From: Octopus vulgaris
Lineage: Eukaryota
Reading direction: 5' to 3'
DNA length: 64,000 nucleotides
NCBI GenBank assembly: GCA_951406725.2
Contig: OX597823.1
Coordinates: 70,184,001-70,248,000 of the forward strand
Part shown: one piece after another, positions 11,510-22,859 of the stretch
Layout of the letters: each line of letters starts with the position of its first letter
Numbering within the stretch: the first letter of the stretch is position 1
Position numbers and translations under genes: made by a program
The notes under the pieces: model-generated
What the model saw: only the letters and a program-made list of their open reading frames with translations
What the model was told of the DNA's origin: nothing
The model's database searches: none

Positions 11510-11965
11510 TCATCATCGTCATCATCGTTTAACGTCCGTTTTCCGCGCTAGTACGGGTTGGACGGTTCGACCGGGGTCTGGGAAGCCAGGAGGCTGCACC
11601 AGGCTCCAGTCTGATCTGGCAATGTTTCTACAGCTGGATGCCCTTCCTAACGCCAACCACTCTGCAAGTGTAGTGGGTCTTTTTACGTGCCACCGGCACA
11701 GGTGCCAGGGGAGTCTGGCATCGGCCACGATCAGTTGTTGCTTTTAACATGCCACCGGCACAGAAGCCAGTCAAGGCGACGCTGGCATCAGCCACATTCG
11801 GATGGTGCTTTTTATGTGCCACCGGCACAAAAGCCAGTTGAGGCGGCACTGGCATCGGCCACGTTCGGATGGTGCTTCTTATGTGCCACTGGCACAGAAG
11901 CCAGTCGAGGCGGCGCTGGCATTGGCCACGTTTGGATGGTGCTTTTTATGTGTCACCAGCACAAG
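11510..11965 (-). mobile_element. RTE-type 3' end with 5 internal ~65 bp repeats
   Basis: Same family as 3754-4129. Confidence 0.85.
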
Positions 11966-12287
11966 TATCACAACAACTATTTCCATTGATATTTATTTCG
12001 ATGACAGGTATTATTTAAAACAGTTTGATTCAGTTCCATGTGACTTAAAGTTTCACAGGTTTCTAACAGAACCTGTCTCATTCAGACTTAGACTATGAAA
12101 AGAAGAAGCTACTGGAAAATGGGCTGCTATTGGTTGAGATAGGTTGTATGATGTTGTTAGAGGTTAAATTAGCAATTCAACAACACCAGATATAGTTCTA
12201 TATTTAAGAGATGAGGAATTATGTACATTATTTACATTCGACGGATATTTGTCCTTATCTTTGTTGTTAACACAACGTTTCGCTGTA

Positions 12288-12373
12288 GGCATATGGCGTA
12301 GGGGTTAAGAGCGTGGGCTACTAACCCCAAGATTCCGAGTTCGATTCCAAGCAGTGACCTGAACAATAATAAT
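12288..12373 (+). mobile_element. Short tRNA-derived SINE or tRNA pseudogene
   Basis: tggcgtaggggttaagagcg A box, anticodon arm tggg-ctactaa-ccca-like, gagttcgattcc B box, (AAT)n tail; no proper acceptor stem. Confidence 0.7.
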
Positions 12374-12575
12374 ATATATATATTTACATGTTTATTTGCA
12401 CCATTATCTCCATACCTACTCACCTGGATTCCTCTTATAGCCACTCTTTACTCTGTAGACTTAGTCCTCAGTAAAGATCTTGGAGTGTAAGCTCAAATTA
12501 TTTGAGCACTAGTACATGTTTTCTATATTGAGCATCTCTGGATCTCATCTGTTGACTATCTCTCTCTCTCTCTCT

Positions 12576-12620
<45 letters not shown>

Positions 12621-12799
12621 CACCCACTACACTCTCGGCATTAGGTTGGCATTAGGAAGGGCATCCAGCTGTAGAAACTCTGCCAAATCAAGACTGGAGC
12701 CTGGTGCAACCATCTGGTTTGCCAGCCCTCAGTCAAAATCATCCAACCCATGCTAGCATGGAAAGCGGATGTTAAACAATGATGATATATATATATAAA

Positions 12800-13420
12800 T
12801 ATACACATTAGGTTTTTTATACTTCTTTTATTTTTCAAAATTAGGATAAAGTTCTTTTTTAATCTAAAATATACTCTCCTTCATTTTCTACAATGGTCTT
12901 CCATCTATCTGGTAAACTTGCAAGGCCCCTCTTCTAAAATTCACTTGTCCATGACGAAAAATACTCCTCCAATATTGATCTGACCTTGTCTACAGAATCC
13001 ATATTTTTTCCATCCAAATGATTTTGAAGACTGTGAAATAAGTGATAATCAGATGGGGTAATGTCTGGCAAATATGGTGGCTGGAGCATCGTTTCCCATT
13101 CAAGCTGCTCCAGCCTTTGGAATGTCATCCTCACTGTATGTGGCTGAGCATTATCCTGATGGAAGAACACCCTTTGTCTTGAAACCAAAGATGGTTGTTT
13201 TTCTTCTAGTGCTCACTTAAGCCTCTCAAGCTACTGACAGTAGGTTTCCCTTGTTATTGTTTGGTTTGGGTTTAAAAGTTCAAAGTGGACCAAACCTTTC
13301 ATATTCCACAAAACAGATAACAACACTTTACATGGGTGAAGACCTTCTTCAGCCTGAGGTGCCAGTGTTTCTCCTTTCTCTAACCACTAGTCTATTTATA
13401 ATGGTGGGTTCCTACCACTT
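12800..13420 (-). pseudogene. Mariner (DD34D) transposase relic
   Basis: FFHQDNAQPH, PPYLPDITPSDYHLFHSL; upstream WNMKGLVHFELLNPNQTI; contains stops. Confidence 0.9.
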
Positions 13421-13694
13421 TTTACCAAGAGGGGTATACAGTTTCACTTTACGTCCCCTGCAGTCCTTTTACTGAACTTTGTAAGTTTTGAAAGGCAAAC
13501 TTGGCTCTGAAGTACATAAATATGTAATTATGTAAACCAGTTAACCTATTGCATTACCATTCTTGCAACTCAACTAATCTAAATAGAATATTAAACAGAA
13601 TAAAGCCAATATTATCATATAAGAAAATAATGGGAACAGTAAGTTTCTGTAATGGGTTACTTTTGAGAAAATAACACTATATTCTGCAAATGTG

Positions 13695-14361
13695 AAGTTC
13701 TCGGGTGACTGGATTAATGCCCTGCCTGTGGCCAATATTGGCAGTCTGCTCAGTCTGGATGAGCTCTGCATCTCTATTGCACTCAGAGTAGGAGCCGACG
13801 TCTGTGGGGGACTGAGATGTCGCTGTGGTAGGCCCTTCAACTCCACAGGCCTTCATAGTTTGTCTTCTTACCACCTAAATGGTGGTCATTTCACTCATCA
13901 CACCGAGCTAAATCTAGTCATTGTGTGGGCCCTGGCTCAGGTTAATATCCTCTCAGTTTTGGAGCCAGTGGGATTATCCAGAAGTGATGGAAAGAGACCA
14001 GTTGGTCTTACTCTTTGTCCCTGGGTAAGAGGCATGCCTCATCTTGGATGCCACAGTCTGTGACTCCTTTGGTCCCTCCAACAACCTAGATACTGTGGTA
14101 AATGGGAGGGTTACTGCCTCCATAGCAGAATGGAACAAAATCTTTAAGTACTAGGACTTGTCGGTGAATCATTTCTTCCAGCCTGTGGCATTTGAAGGGG
14201 CTGGGCCACTAACAATGGAGTCCATGTCATCGTTAGCGGCAGGCATCACCAAGGTGTCAGGTGGTGCATGTGAGGGTGTTTGGGTGTTCCAGCACCTTAA
14301 CCGCACCATCACCCACAGCAATGCTGCAAGTGTGTTGGCTTGCTTCAACAGGTTCCATTGA
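13695..14361 (+). pseudogene. CRE-clade non-LTR retrotransposon 3' relic (zinc knuckle plus restriction-like endonuclease)
   Basis: GDWINALP, CRCG...GLHSL, LEPVGLSRSDGKRPVGLTL.PW, FQPVAFE.G, FQHL...SNAASV. Confidence 0.85.
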
Positions 14362-14861
14362 ACCTTGTGTTGTGCAACCAATTGACGCACTTACAGTTGA
14401 ATTTATGTCTTTTCTTCTTTCTTTTTCTTTTTTTCTCTTCACTTATGTTTGTGTTTTCTTTGGTCTTGGATTTGTATTTTAATGTAGTTTTATATTGTGT
14501 ATGTATCATATACATACATGTTGTATATGTAATTATTAAATTCAAATCTTAATTTTCATGGAGTGTTTATAAATAGCATAAATCTAATTTAAAGAATAAA
14601 AAAAATTTCATCATCTACTTTACAGATGTTGCTCTTGAGGGTGCTTGGCTGTTTCAGTGCCACAATTTTGTCACCATTCTTGATAATGTCATAGAGTTTT
14701 TGGTTACCTCAAAAATTTTTGAGGGGAATGTCAGTTTTCCCTGGTGCAACATACAATTAAGTGCATGCCTTTTTATTTTATTTATCCATTTATTCCTTCA
14801 AATTTTTTTTCCCTGTTTTTAGCATTGTGGGTTGTACCATTTGAACATGGGTCAATGCTAA

Positions 14862-15200
14862 TGCTGTCTGACTGGCTCCATGTGCCAGCGGCACGTAAAA
14901 AAGAACCATCGAACGTGGTCGATGCCAGCGCCCCCTGTCTGGCTCCCGTGACGGTGACACATAAAAGGCACCATCCGAACGTGGTTGGTGTCAGTTTCCC
15001 TTGACTGGCTCCCAGACCGATGACACATAAAAAGCACCCACTACACTCTTGGAATGGTTGACATTAAGAGGGGCATCCAGCTGCAGAAACCTTGCTAAAT
15101 CAGATTGGAGCCTGGTGCAGACAACTAGCTTGCCATTCCTCATTTAAACCGTCCAACCCATGCCAGCATGGAAAGCGGACGTTAAATGATGATGATGATG
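14862..15200 (+). mobile_element. RTE-type 3' end with internal repeats
   Basis: aaaagcacccactacactc...ccaacccatgccagcatggaaagcggacgttaaa(TGA)n. Confidence 0.8.
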
Positions 15201-15532
15201 ATTGATGATGATGATTGATGACGATGATGATGATGATTGTTTATATTGTTCTAGAACAAAAAAAACTACACAGGTGAATAGATATTATATAGTGTTATTG
15301 TGTACGAAGAAGCAATTGGGTGTTACGCAGTGAAAGCAGAAAACAGGCGAACTTTCTGATAAATGACAATATTCTAAGGAACGATAAAACATTATCTATA
15401 GTTATGTTTCTATATGGTCAAATTATTGATTTCTCTCGTACATAGTGATGATTCCTCTGTTTATGGTATCATACGAACATAACAGAAACAAAGTGGATTC
15501 CATTCGAAAACTTAAAACCGGAAAACACTTAG

Positions 15533-15839
15533 CACTGTGCTCTTGGAAATGATGGGGAGCATCTTTTTAGCACACAAGAATTTTTGAAAAAATGATGTTT
15601 TCTTTTCACCCACTTTTTACGCACTTAAAAACGATGGGAGAAACCTTTCCGTTTAAAAAAAAAAATGGATCTTTTTAACCCCATTTTTATGAATTTCTTA
15701 ACATGAGTGCGTGAGTGTAATGGAAAAAGTTACCTTCCTTGTTTCTTGGTGAAAAAAAAAAAAAACATCATTTTTCAAAAAAAAAAATTTTTTTTTAATG
15801 AAAACATGCTCCTCCCTCATCATTTCCAAGAGCACTATG
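15533..15839. mobile_element. MITE just upstream of the zinc-finger gene
   Basis: TIRs gtgctcttggaaatgatg / catcatttccaagagcac plus subterminal tttttgaaaaaatgatgttttt mirror. Confidence 0.8.
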
Positions 15840-16399
15840 GAAAAAAAATCTGAAAAATTCCCGTAAAACGGAGAAATTCCAACTTGTGTGTGCTACCTAT
15901 CGCTGACATTCACCATAGTTTATTTACTTACTTTCTTTCTTTTTATTTATTTATTTTAGTTTATGGCCAACCCAGCTATTACGCTTTTATATTTGGTATA
16001 ACTATTTGGGTGCTAAAATCAGAAATGAAGCTATTCGATTTGCTGACAGTACCAACCACTTTACTGCTATCAACATACCGGAATTTTAAGAAAATGGGGG
16101 AAATTCACAGTGCTACACCGCCTACATGCGCAGACTTTTCTGGGGAAGTTGTAACTGTCAACACACGACCAAATTGTTGTATTCTTCAGGAAACTGCAAT
16201 CTATTCTTGTGTTCAAACAGTGCCTTGATTCAGAGATATTCTTTATTTTAACCCCGATAAAAGGGCCTCACGTAAGTGTCTTAAACCTAAAAGAAGCACA
16301 TTTTACATGCAGTTAAATATATGTCCGGTCACAGAGTGACCAATGGTTTCGCATCCATAAAGCGCTTATCTTTAAAGACTCTAATGGCGGAGGATAGGT

Positions 16400-16787
16400 A
16401 ATTCTTCGGAGATGGTCTCAGACAGATAAAACTATTGTTTGGCTATTTCTGTATAAATTTTTTATTTCTTTAATGTTTAGTTTTTGCAGGTGAACAGTGA
16501 AAAACACGGTCGCGCATACACACATAGTCTTTCATTTGCACGGGCGACTTGAACAGTGAAACATACATATAGATACACATACATACATAAATATACATGC
16601 TCTATGCTTTCACGAATCGCTTGGTTTACGTATGTTTGAGTATGTATGTGTCTATGTGCATGTATGTATGGATAGGTGGTTGTAGAGGTCTGTGCCTAAG
16701 CTGAAAAAGAAACTAAAGAAATAAAAATGTTTTACGGAACTTGCCGAACAAATAGTTTTACCTTTCTGAGACCAGCTCCGAAAGATT
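16400..16787. repeat. Imperfect ~390 bp fold-back in the probable first intron of the ZNF gene
   Basis: ttcggagatggtctcaga..taaaactatt..tttttatttctttaa mirrored by ctaaagaaataaaaa..aatagtttta..tctgagaccagctccgaa; strong donor GTAAGT at 16272. Confidence 0.75.
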
Positions 16788-17769
16788 GCATATGTTGAAA
16801 AGTCTTGTATTTGTATGTGTTTTCATGTCTGAAGTATTGTATGATGTGGTTGCTGTTTAAATGAAACTATCCATGCCTCTGTGGAGTAGTAATTGTATCA
16901 TTTGTTACCTTTTGATATTAATCTACTAAATTTTGAAAACTCTTTTCTCCTTACGAGTCTAGAGACATTGTCAAAAATGTGCTGTCAAATGTAGCAATAC
17001 TGGGGGAGCGGGCACTGGTCATGCTTTTAGCTGTCAGAAGTGAAAGTCGTCAACTTCGTGTATTTACGTCAGGTTTATACCTTCGTTAATTTACGCCGTT
17101 TATTTACGTACCACCACGCTGTGAGGTTTATAAAACAATTGAAGTTCAGTTTAAAGTTTATAAATAAATACATTTCATTCCATGTTCTGTTTAAACTTTA
17201 TAAATAAATATATTCTTGCAGTGTGTGTATATGTGGCTATATGCCTGACTAATGTGTGTGTGTCTGTATTTATTGTATGTGTGTATAAGTAGTTATATGC
17301 TTATATTATCCATTATAGTAATATTTGTCTGTTGAAATCCGTTTTAAGGCGGTCAATAGTTTAATTAAAGATGTCGTCTATGATAACATCATCATCATCA
17401 TTTAGCGTCCGCTTTCCATGCTAGCATGGGTTGGACGGTTCAACTGGGGTCTGGAAAGCCAGAAAACTGCACCAGGCCCAGTCTGATCTGGCAATGTTTC
17501 TACGGCTGGATGCCCTTCCTAACATAGATATATTACTATAGTCTATGGTAATGTTATTAAAACATTAACTAAAGTCTATAGTAGCGTTATACATGACATT
17601 GTAATTTAATAACCAGTCTATGATATATTCCTTGACACTACGATATATATATAAATATAATGTATTGATAGTAATGGTAAGACAACAAAAGAATGAAAGA
17701 GACCTCGATATTATGTAAATAGAGGAATTTATCTGTAAATATGATATGTAACAATTATTTGGTAGCCAT

Positions 17770-17830
17770 GATAAAACTCCGAGTTTCGGATATCGGGGCG
17801 GAAACCTGCACCGGCATCTCTTCAGTTATC
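17770..17830 (-). ncRNA. Type-I hammerhead ribozyme, left arm of inverted pair
   Basis: Minus strand: gataa-CTGAAGA-gatgccgg...ccgatatc c-GAAA-ctc g gag-TT-ttatc. Confidence 0.75.
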
Positions 17831-17861
17831 AAGCCATTTTCATAGCATTTTTTGATGGTCC

Positions 17862-17922
17862 GATAACTGGAGAGATGCCAGTGCAGGTTTCCGCCCTGAC
17901 ATCTGAAACTCAGAGTTTTATC
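17862..17922 (+). ncRNA. Type-I hammerhead copy, right arm, mutated CUGGAGA core
   Basis: gataa-CTGGAGA-gatgccag...ctgacatc t-GAAA-ctc a gag-TT-ttatc. Confidence 0.6.
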
Positions 17923-18130
17923 ATGGCTACCGTATAATTGTCACCAACCCGTGCTAGCGTGGAAAACGGACGTTAAACGATGATGATGATGATGATATAT
18001 ATATATATAATGTATAAATTTTTAGGTAAATATATTCAATAAGAATATTATGTACTGAATTTATATTGAGTGCTCAATTGTATCAAAATATTAATACTAT
18101 TAAAGTATTTATATATTTAATACGAGCGAT

Positions 18131-18636
18131 ATCATCATCATCATCGTTTAGCGTCCGTTTTCCATGCTAGCATGGGTTGGACGGTTCAACTGGGGTCTGT
18201 GAAGCCGGAAGGCTTCATCAGGCCTAGTCAGATCTGGCAGTGTTTCTACGGCTGGATGCCCTTCCTAACGCCAACCACTCTGTGAGTGTAGTGGGTGCTT
18301 TTTACGTGCCACCCGCACAGGTGCCAGACAGAGCTGGCAAACGGCCACGAACGGATGGTACTTTTTATGTGCCATATAATGTATGTGTGTCTGTATGAGA
18401 GTTGGCCAAGCCATGTACAGGATGCTGTCAATAAAGTGAAAGTCAGCCGTGAGCATAGCAATGAATTTAGTGTGCAGGTGGGCGTTCACCAAGGCTCAGT
18501 TCTTAGCCCCCTTTTGTTTATCATAGCCTTCTAACAGACTATAGAACCTGATGTGGCTCACTGACCTTGCTAGCTCCTTTCAAGCCGTCCAACCCATGCC
18601 AGCATGGAAAATGGACATTAAATAATGATGATGATG
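18131..18636. mobile_element. Nested RTE fragments: 3' tail (-), RT piece (+), tail (+)
   Basis: VQVGVHQGSVLSPLLF RT motif near 18470-18520 between two (GAT)n tails. Confidence 0.75.
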
Positions 18637-19107
18637 AATTTCTTAACATTTTAAGTATCCTCTATATTATATATATTTTCTCTATTATTTCAGAATATCA
18701 GATGACATTGATAGAACAGAATCTTTAATTTATCATCTTTTAAAGACTAAAGGAAGATGTTACAGAAAACTGACAGAAGCCATTTGCATAAATATATGGT
18801 AAATTCCTGAGAAATATTTCTGCTTTGAAATTAATAGCAAAATTTCTCTTCTGTGTCTGGCATGTGTATAAGAAGACTTTGAATTATAATTAAACTCGGA
18901 AAAATATACAAAGGAGTTTACATCTTCTAATGTCAACAAAGATCACAGCTGATGGAAATATGAGTAGAAATGTCTCCAGCAACATAAAAATATATGAATG
19001 AGAATAAATTACAGAAAAGTGTATTATATGTGAAACTTCAAGGATCAATTTCTTTTTTATGAAGCAATGCAGTTGGGAGATAAGCAAGTTATTATACCAT
19101 TGTAAAA

Positions 19108-20682
19108 ATGTCAGTGTCTCAAAAAAAGGTTACCTTAACTTTTCACAAACACATTTATACTGGAGAGCAGCCATATTATTGTGATATCTGTGGTAAGTCA
19201 TTCCCTCACAGAAATGCTTCAACTGCTCACAAATATAGTCATACAAAAGATAGGCCATATCACTGTGATATTTGTAGTAAATCTTTCTCTCAAAAAGGTC
19301 ACTTAACTACTCACAAACGTATTCACAGTGGGGAAAAGCCATATCACTGTGATATTTGTGGTAAAACATTCTCTGGAAGTGGTGATTTAAATAAACACAA
19401 ACGTATTCATACAGGAGAGAAACCATATCCTTGTGATATCTGTGGGAAATCATTCTCTATAGGAAATAGTTTAATTAAACACAAACGTATTCATACAGGA
19501 GAAAAACCATACCACTGTGATATCTGTGGTGAATCATTCTCTGAAACTAGTCCCTTAACTAAACACAAACGCATTCATACAGGAGAGAAACCATATCACT
19601 GTGATATCTGTGGTAAATTGTTCTCAGAAAATGGTCATTTAACTAAACACAAACGTGTTCATACAGGAGAGAAACCGTATCACTGTGATATTTGTGGTAA
19701 ATCATTCTCTGGAAGTAGTAACCTAACTACTCATAAACGTATTCATACAGGAGAGAAACCATATCACTGTGATGTCTGTGGCAGATCATTCTCTGAAAGT
19801 AGTCACTTAACTGCTCACAAGCGTATTCATACAGGAGAGAAGCCATATCATTGTGATATCTGTGGTAAATCATTCTCTCAGAATAATCAATTGCTCACTC
19901 ACAAACGTATTCATACAGGTGAGAAACCATTTCACTGCAATATCTGTGGAAAATCATTTGCTGAAAATGGTCATGTAACGAAACACAAACGTGTTCATAC
20001 TGGAGAGAAGCCATATCACTGTGATACTTGTGGTAAATCATTCTCTGTAAGTAGCCACCTGACTGAACACAAGCATATTCATACAGGAGAGAAGCCATAC
20101 CATTGTGATATCTGTGGTAAATCATTCTCCCGTGGAAATACCTTAACTTCTCACAAACGTATCCATACAGGTGAGAAGCCATACCACTGTGATATATGTG
20201 GAAAGTCGTTCTCTGGAAGTAGTCAATTGTTTAAGCACAAACATACTCATACAGGAGAGAAACCATATCACTGTGATATCTGTGGTAAATCATTCTCTCA
20301 AAATGGTGTCTTAACTAAACACAAACGTACTCATACAGGGGAGAAGCCATATCACTGTGATATCTGTGGTAAATCATTTTCTCGAAATGATCAAGTAACT
20401 TCTCACAGACGTATTCATACAGGAGAGAAACCATATCATTGTGATGTCTGTGGTAAATCATTCTCTGCGGGAAGTAGCTTAACTAAACACAAGCACATTC
20501 ATACAGGAGAAAAGCCATATTGCTGTGATATCTGTGGAAAATCATTCTCTGAAAACGGTGTCTTAACTAAACACAAGCGTACACATACAGGAGAGAAACC
20601 ATATCACTGTGATATCTGCGATAAATCATTCTCTCAGAAAAGTCACTTAACTATGCATTTATTTATTCATACAGCTGAGTAA
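19108..20682 (+). CDS. Tandem C2H2 zinc-finger protein, 18 fingers, no effector domain seen
   Basis: 18 x [10 protein letters not shown]..L..H..H with TGEKP linkers, intact ORF; acceptor tattttcag at 18693 upstream. Confidence 0.95.
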   Translation: MSVSQKKVTLTFHKHIYTGEQPYYCDICGKSFPHRNASTAHKYSHTKDRPYHCDICSKSFSQKGHLTTHKRIHSGEKPYHCDICGKTFSGSGDLNKHKRIHTGEKPYPCDICGKSFSIGNSLIKHKRIHTGEKPYHCDICGESFSETSPLTKHKRIHTGEKPYHCDICGKLFSENGHLTKHKRVHTGEKPYHCDICGKSFSGSSNLTTHKRIHTGEKPYHCDVCGRSFSESSHLTAHKRIHTGEKPYHCDICGKSFSQNNQLLTHKRIHTGEKPFHCNICGKSFAENGHVTKHKRVHTGEKPYHCDTCGKSFSVSSHLTEHKHIHTGEKPYHCDICGKSFSRGNTLTSHKRIHTGEKPYHCDICGKSFSGSSQLFKHKHTHTGEKPYHCDICGKSFSQNGVLTKHKRTHTGEKPYHCDICGKSFSRNDQVTSHRRIHTGEKPYHCDVCGKSFSAGSSLTKHKHIHTGEKPYCCDICGKSFSENGVLTKHKRTHTGEKPYHCDICDKSFSQKSHLTMHLFIHTAE

Positions 20683-21745
20683 CTGTATCAATGTCAAAAC
20701 TTGGATCATGGTAAATACAGTGCAACACATGGAACATAAACTGATTTTTATCAATGAAATTTTTCTTTTTCTTTTGATCATTTTATTTGCTCAACAAAAG
20801 TATCAGTATTCATAAAATCAGTATTGATACTTTCCTATATCAAGAAGATGAAAGTACATACAACTTATACAGTATTTTTCATTCAAAGATTTTGTTGATT
20901 AAATGTATTATTTTTTTCTTCTATATATTAATTTTATGAATATTGATACCTTACCATATTCATAAAATTGCTAGATATGCTAACTAAAAAAGAAAATTTA
21001 TCATGAATTCATTATATAGAAAAGTAGATACAACAGTCTAATAACTGTCCAACACTATATTATATAAACCACAACTGTATCTTCATTGGTGAGGTATATT
21101 ACTACTGTGACATTTTCAATAAAAACATTCTTTCAAAGACTCATATATTCCATCTAACATATTTCCAGAAGGGAGAAAAAATAATATTGGTTTATTTGAA
21201 ATTGTGGGATATTCAGTGAGAAATATATTTTTTATATATCTTGGATAACATCACTACTTTTTTATGTTAGAAATACACAATATAAATGAAAATATTTCAC
21301 ACCAGAAATGGATATACGTGCAATATCTGATATATAACATCTTAACATTTGTTGCAATTTTCACCCAGGAAAAATATCCCTTTATAGACATATTGCATTA
21401 AGAAACACAATATTTTTCAGTGCTAGGCAATGCACCAGCTTCACATAGAAGCCCCATGAAATTCATGAGTACATAACATTGACAAGCTGCAAAGATTTTA
21501 CTCTAGAGCTGCTTCTATTGTATAATTCAAATTTTATTCAGCCTAAATGGTATCAGTGCAAGCAAGTGTATTGTGTATGCACTGTCTCTATATACTTCAG
21601 GCTGGCCACTTCAACCTCATTTCAGAAGTGACATGTATACATGGCATTGACAAGCCACATCACATTTACTGTCATTTCTGGGGCAATTTCGTTCTGCCTA
21701 GCTCTGTAATATGTGTTTTTTGATGACTATTTAGGGATGTTTTTT

Positions 21746-22122
21746 CATCATCATCATCATTGTCGTCATTTAACATCCGTTCTCCATGCTAGCATGGGTT
21801 GGACGGTTCGACCGGGGATCTGGGAAGCCAGGAAGCTGCACCAGGCTCCAGTCTGATCTGGCAGTGTTTCTACAGCTGGATGCCCTTCCTAACGCCAACC
21901 ACTCCGTGAGTGTAGTGGGTGCATTTTACATGCCACCAGCATAGGGGCTAGAGGAGCCGGCATCGACCATGATCGGATGGTGCTTTTTACGTGCCACCGG
22001 CACGGAAACCAGTCAAGGCAGCGCTGGCATCAGCCATGTTCAGATGGTGCTTTTTACGTGCCACCGGCCCAGGGATCACAACTACAGTTTCCATTGATTT
22101 TTGATGTTGGTATACTTGACTC
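21746..22122 (-). mobile_element. RTE-type 3' end
   Basis: Same tail with 3 internal repeats. Confidence 0.8.
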
Positions 22123-22629
22123 AAAAATTCCTGGACAAAAATTATAGTTTCAGGTTTTTTCAATGATACACATACATTAAATCTATTATGTAGATAAAGA
22201 TTTTACTCTAGAGTTGCTTTTGTTGCATAATTTGAATAATATATATGTATGATATAATAAACACACACACCATAGAAAGACAGAATGGACTAAACAGAAC
22301 AGGAGGAGGAGACACGTGAGATAGAGTTGCTGAAGAGGTCACAAGATGTGTAACAAAAGATTTCAGACAAAGGACTCTAAAATAACAGTAATAAAGCTAA
22401 AGTGAAGAATGAATATATAGTGCATGTGTTTGTTTGGTAAAAAAAAAAAAGACCGAAATAAAACAATACACACACACACACACACATATGATGGGTTCTC
22501 TCATGTTTACAAAGAATTTTACTTTTTTTTTTTTTTTTACTCCGCATTTTAGTGTTTGTGTTTTTCATCAGACACTAGACTTGCTTTGTTTTTATAAAAC
22601 AGGCTGCATCTTTCACACACAAAACATTC

Positions 22630-22846
22630 TTTTCTACTCTAGGCACTAGGCCTGAAATTTTTGGGGAGGTGGGGGCCAGTCGATTAGATCGACCCCAGTA
22701 CGCAATTGGTATTTAATTTATCGACCCCAAAAGGATGAAAGGCAAAGTTGACCTCGGCAGAATTTGAACTCAGAATGTAAAGACAGACGAAATACCACTA
22801 AGCATTTCACCCAGCGTGCTAATGTTTCTGCCAGCTCGCCACCTTT
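22630..22846 (-). mobile_element. Meta-like tRNA SINE
   Basis: Reverse complement of the family at 13-229. Confidence 0.85.
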
Positions 22847-22859
22847 CACGCACAAAACA

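Noticed and set aside
12288-12373. Functional tRNA gene
   Set aside because: Acceptor stem does not pair and it has an (AAT)n tail
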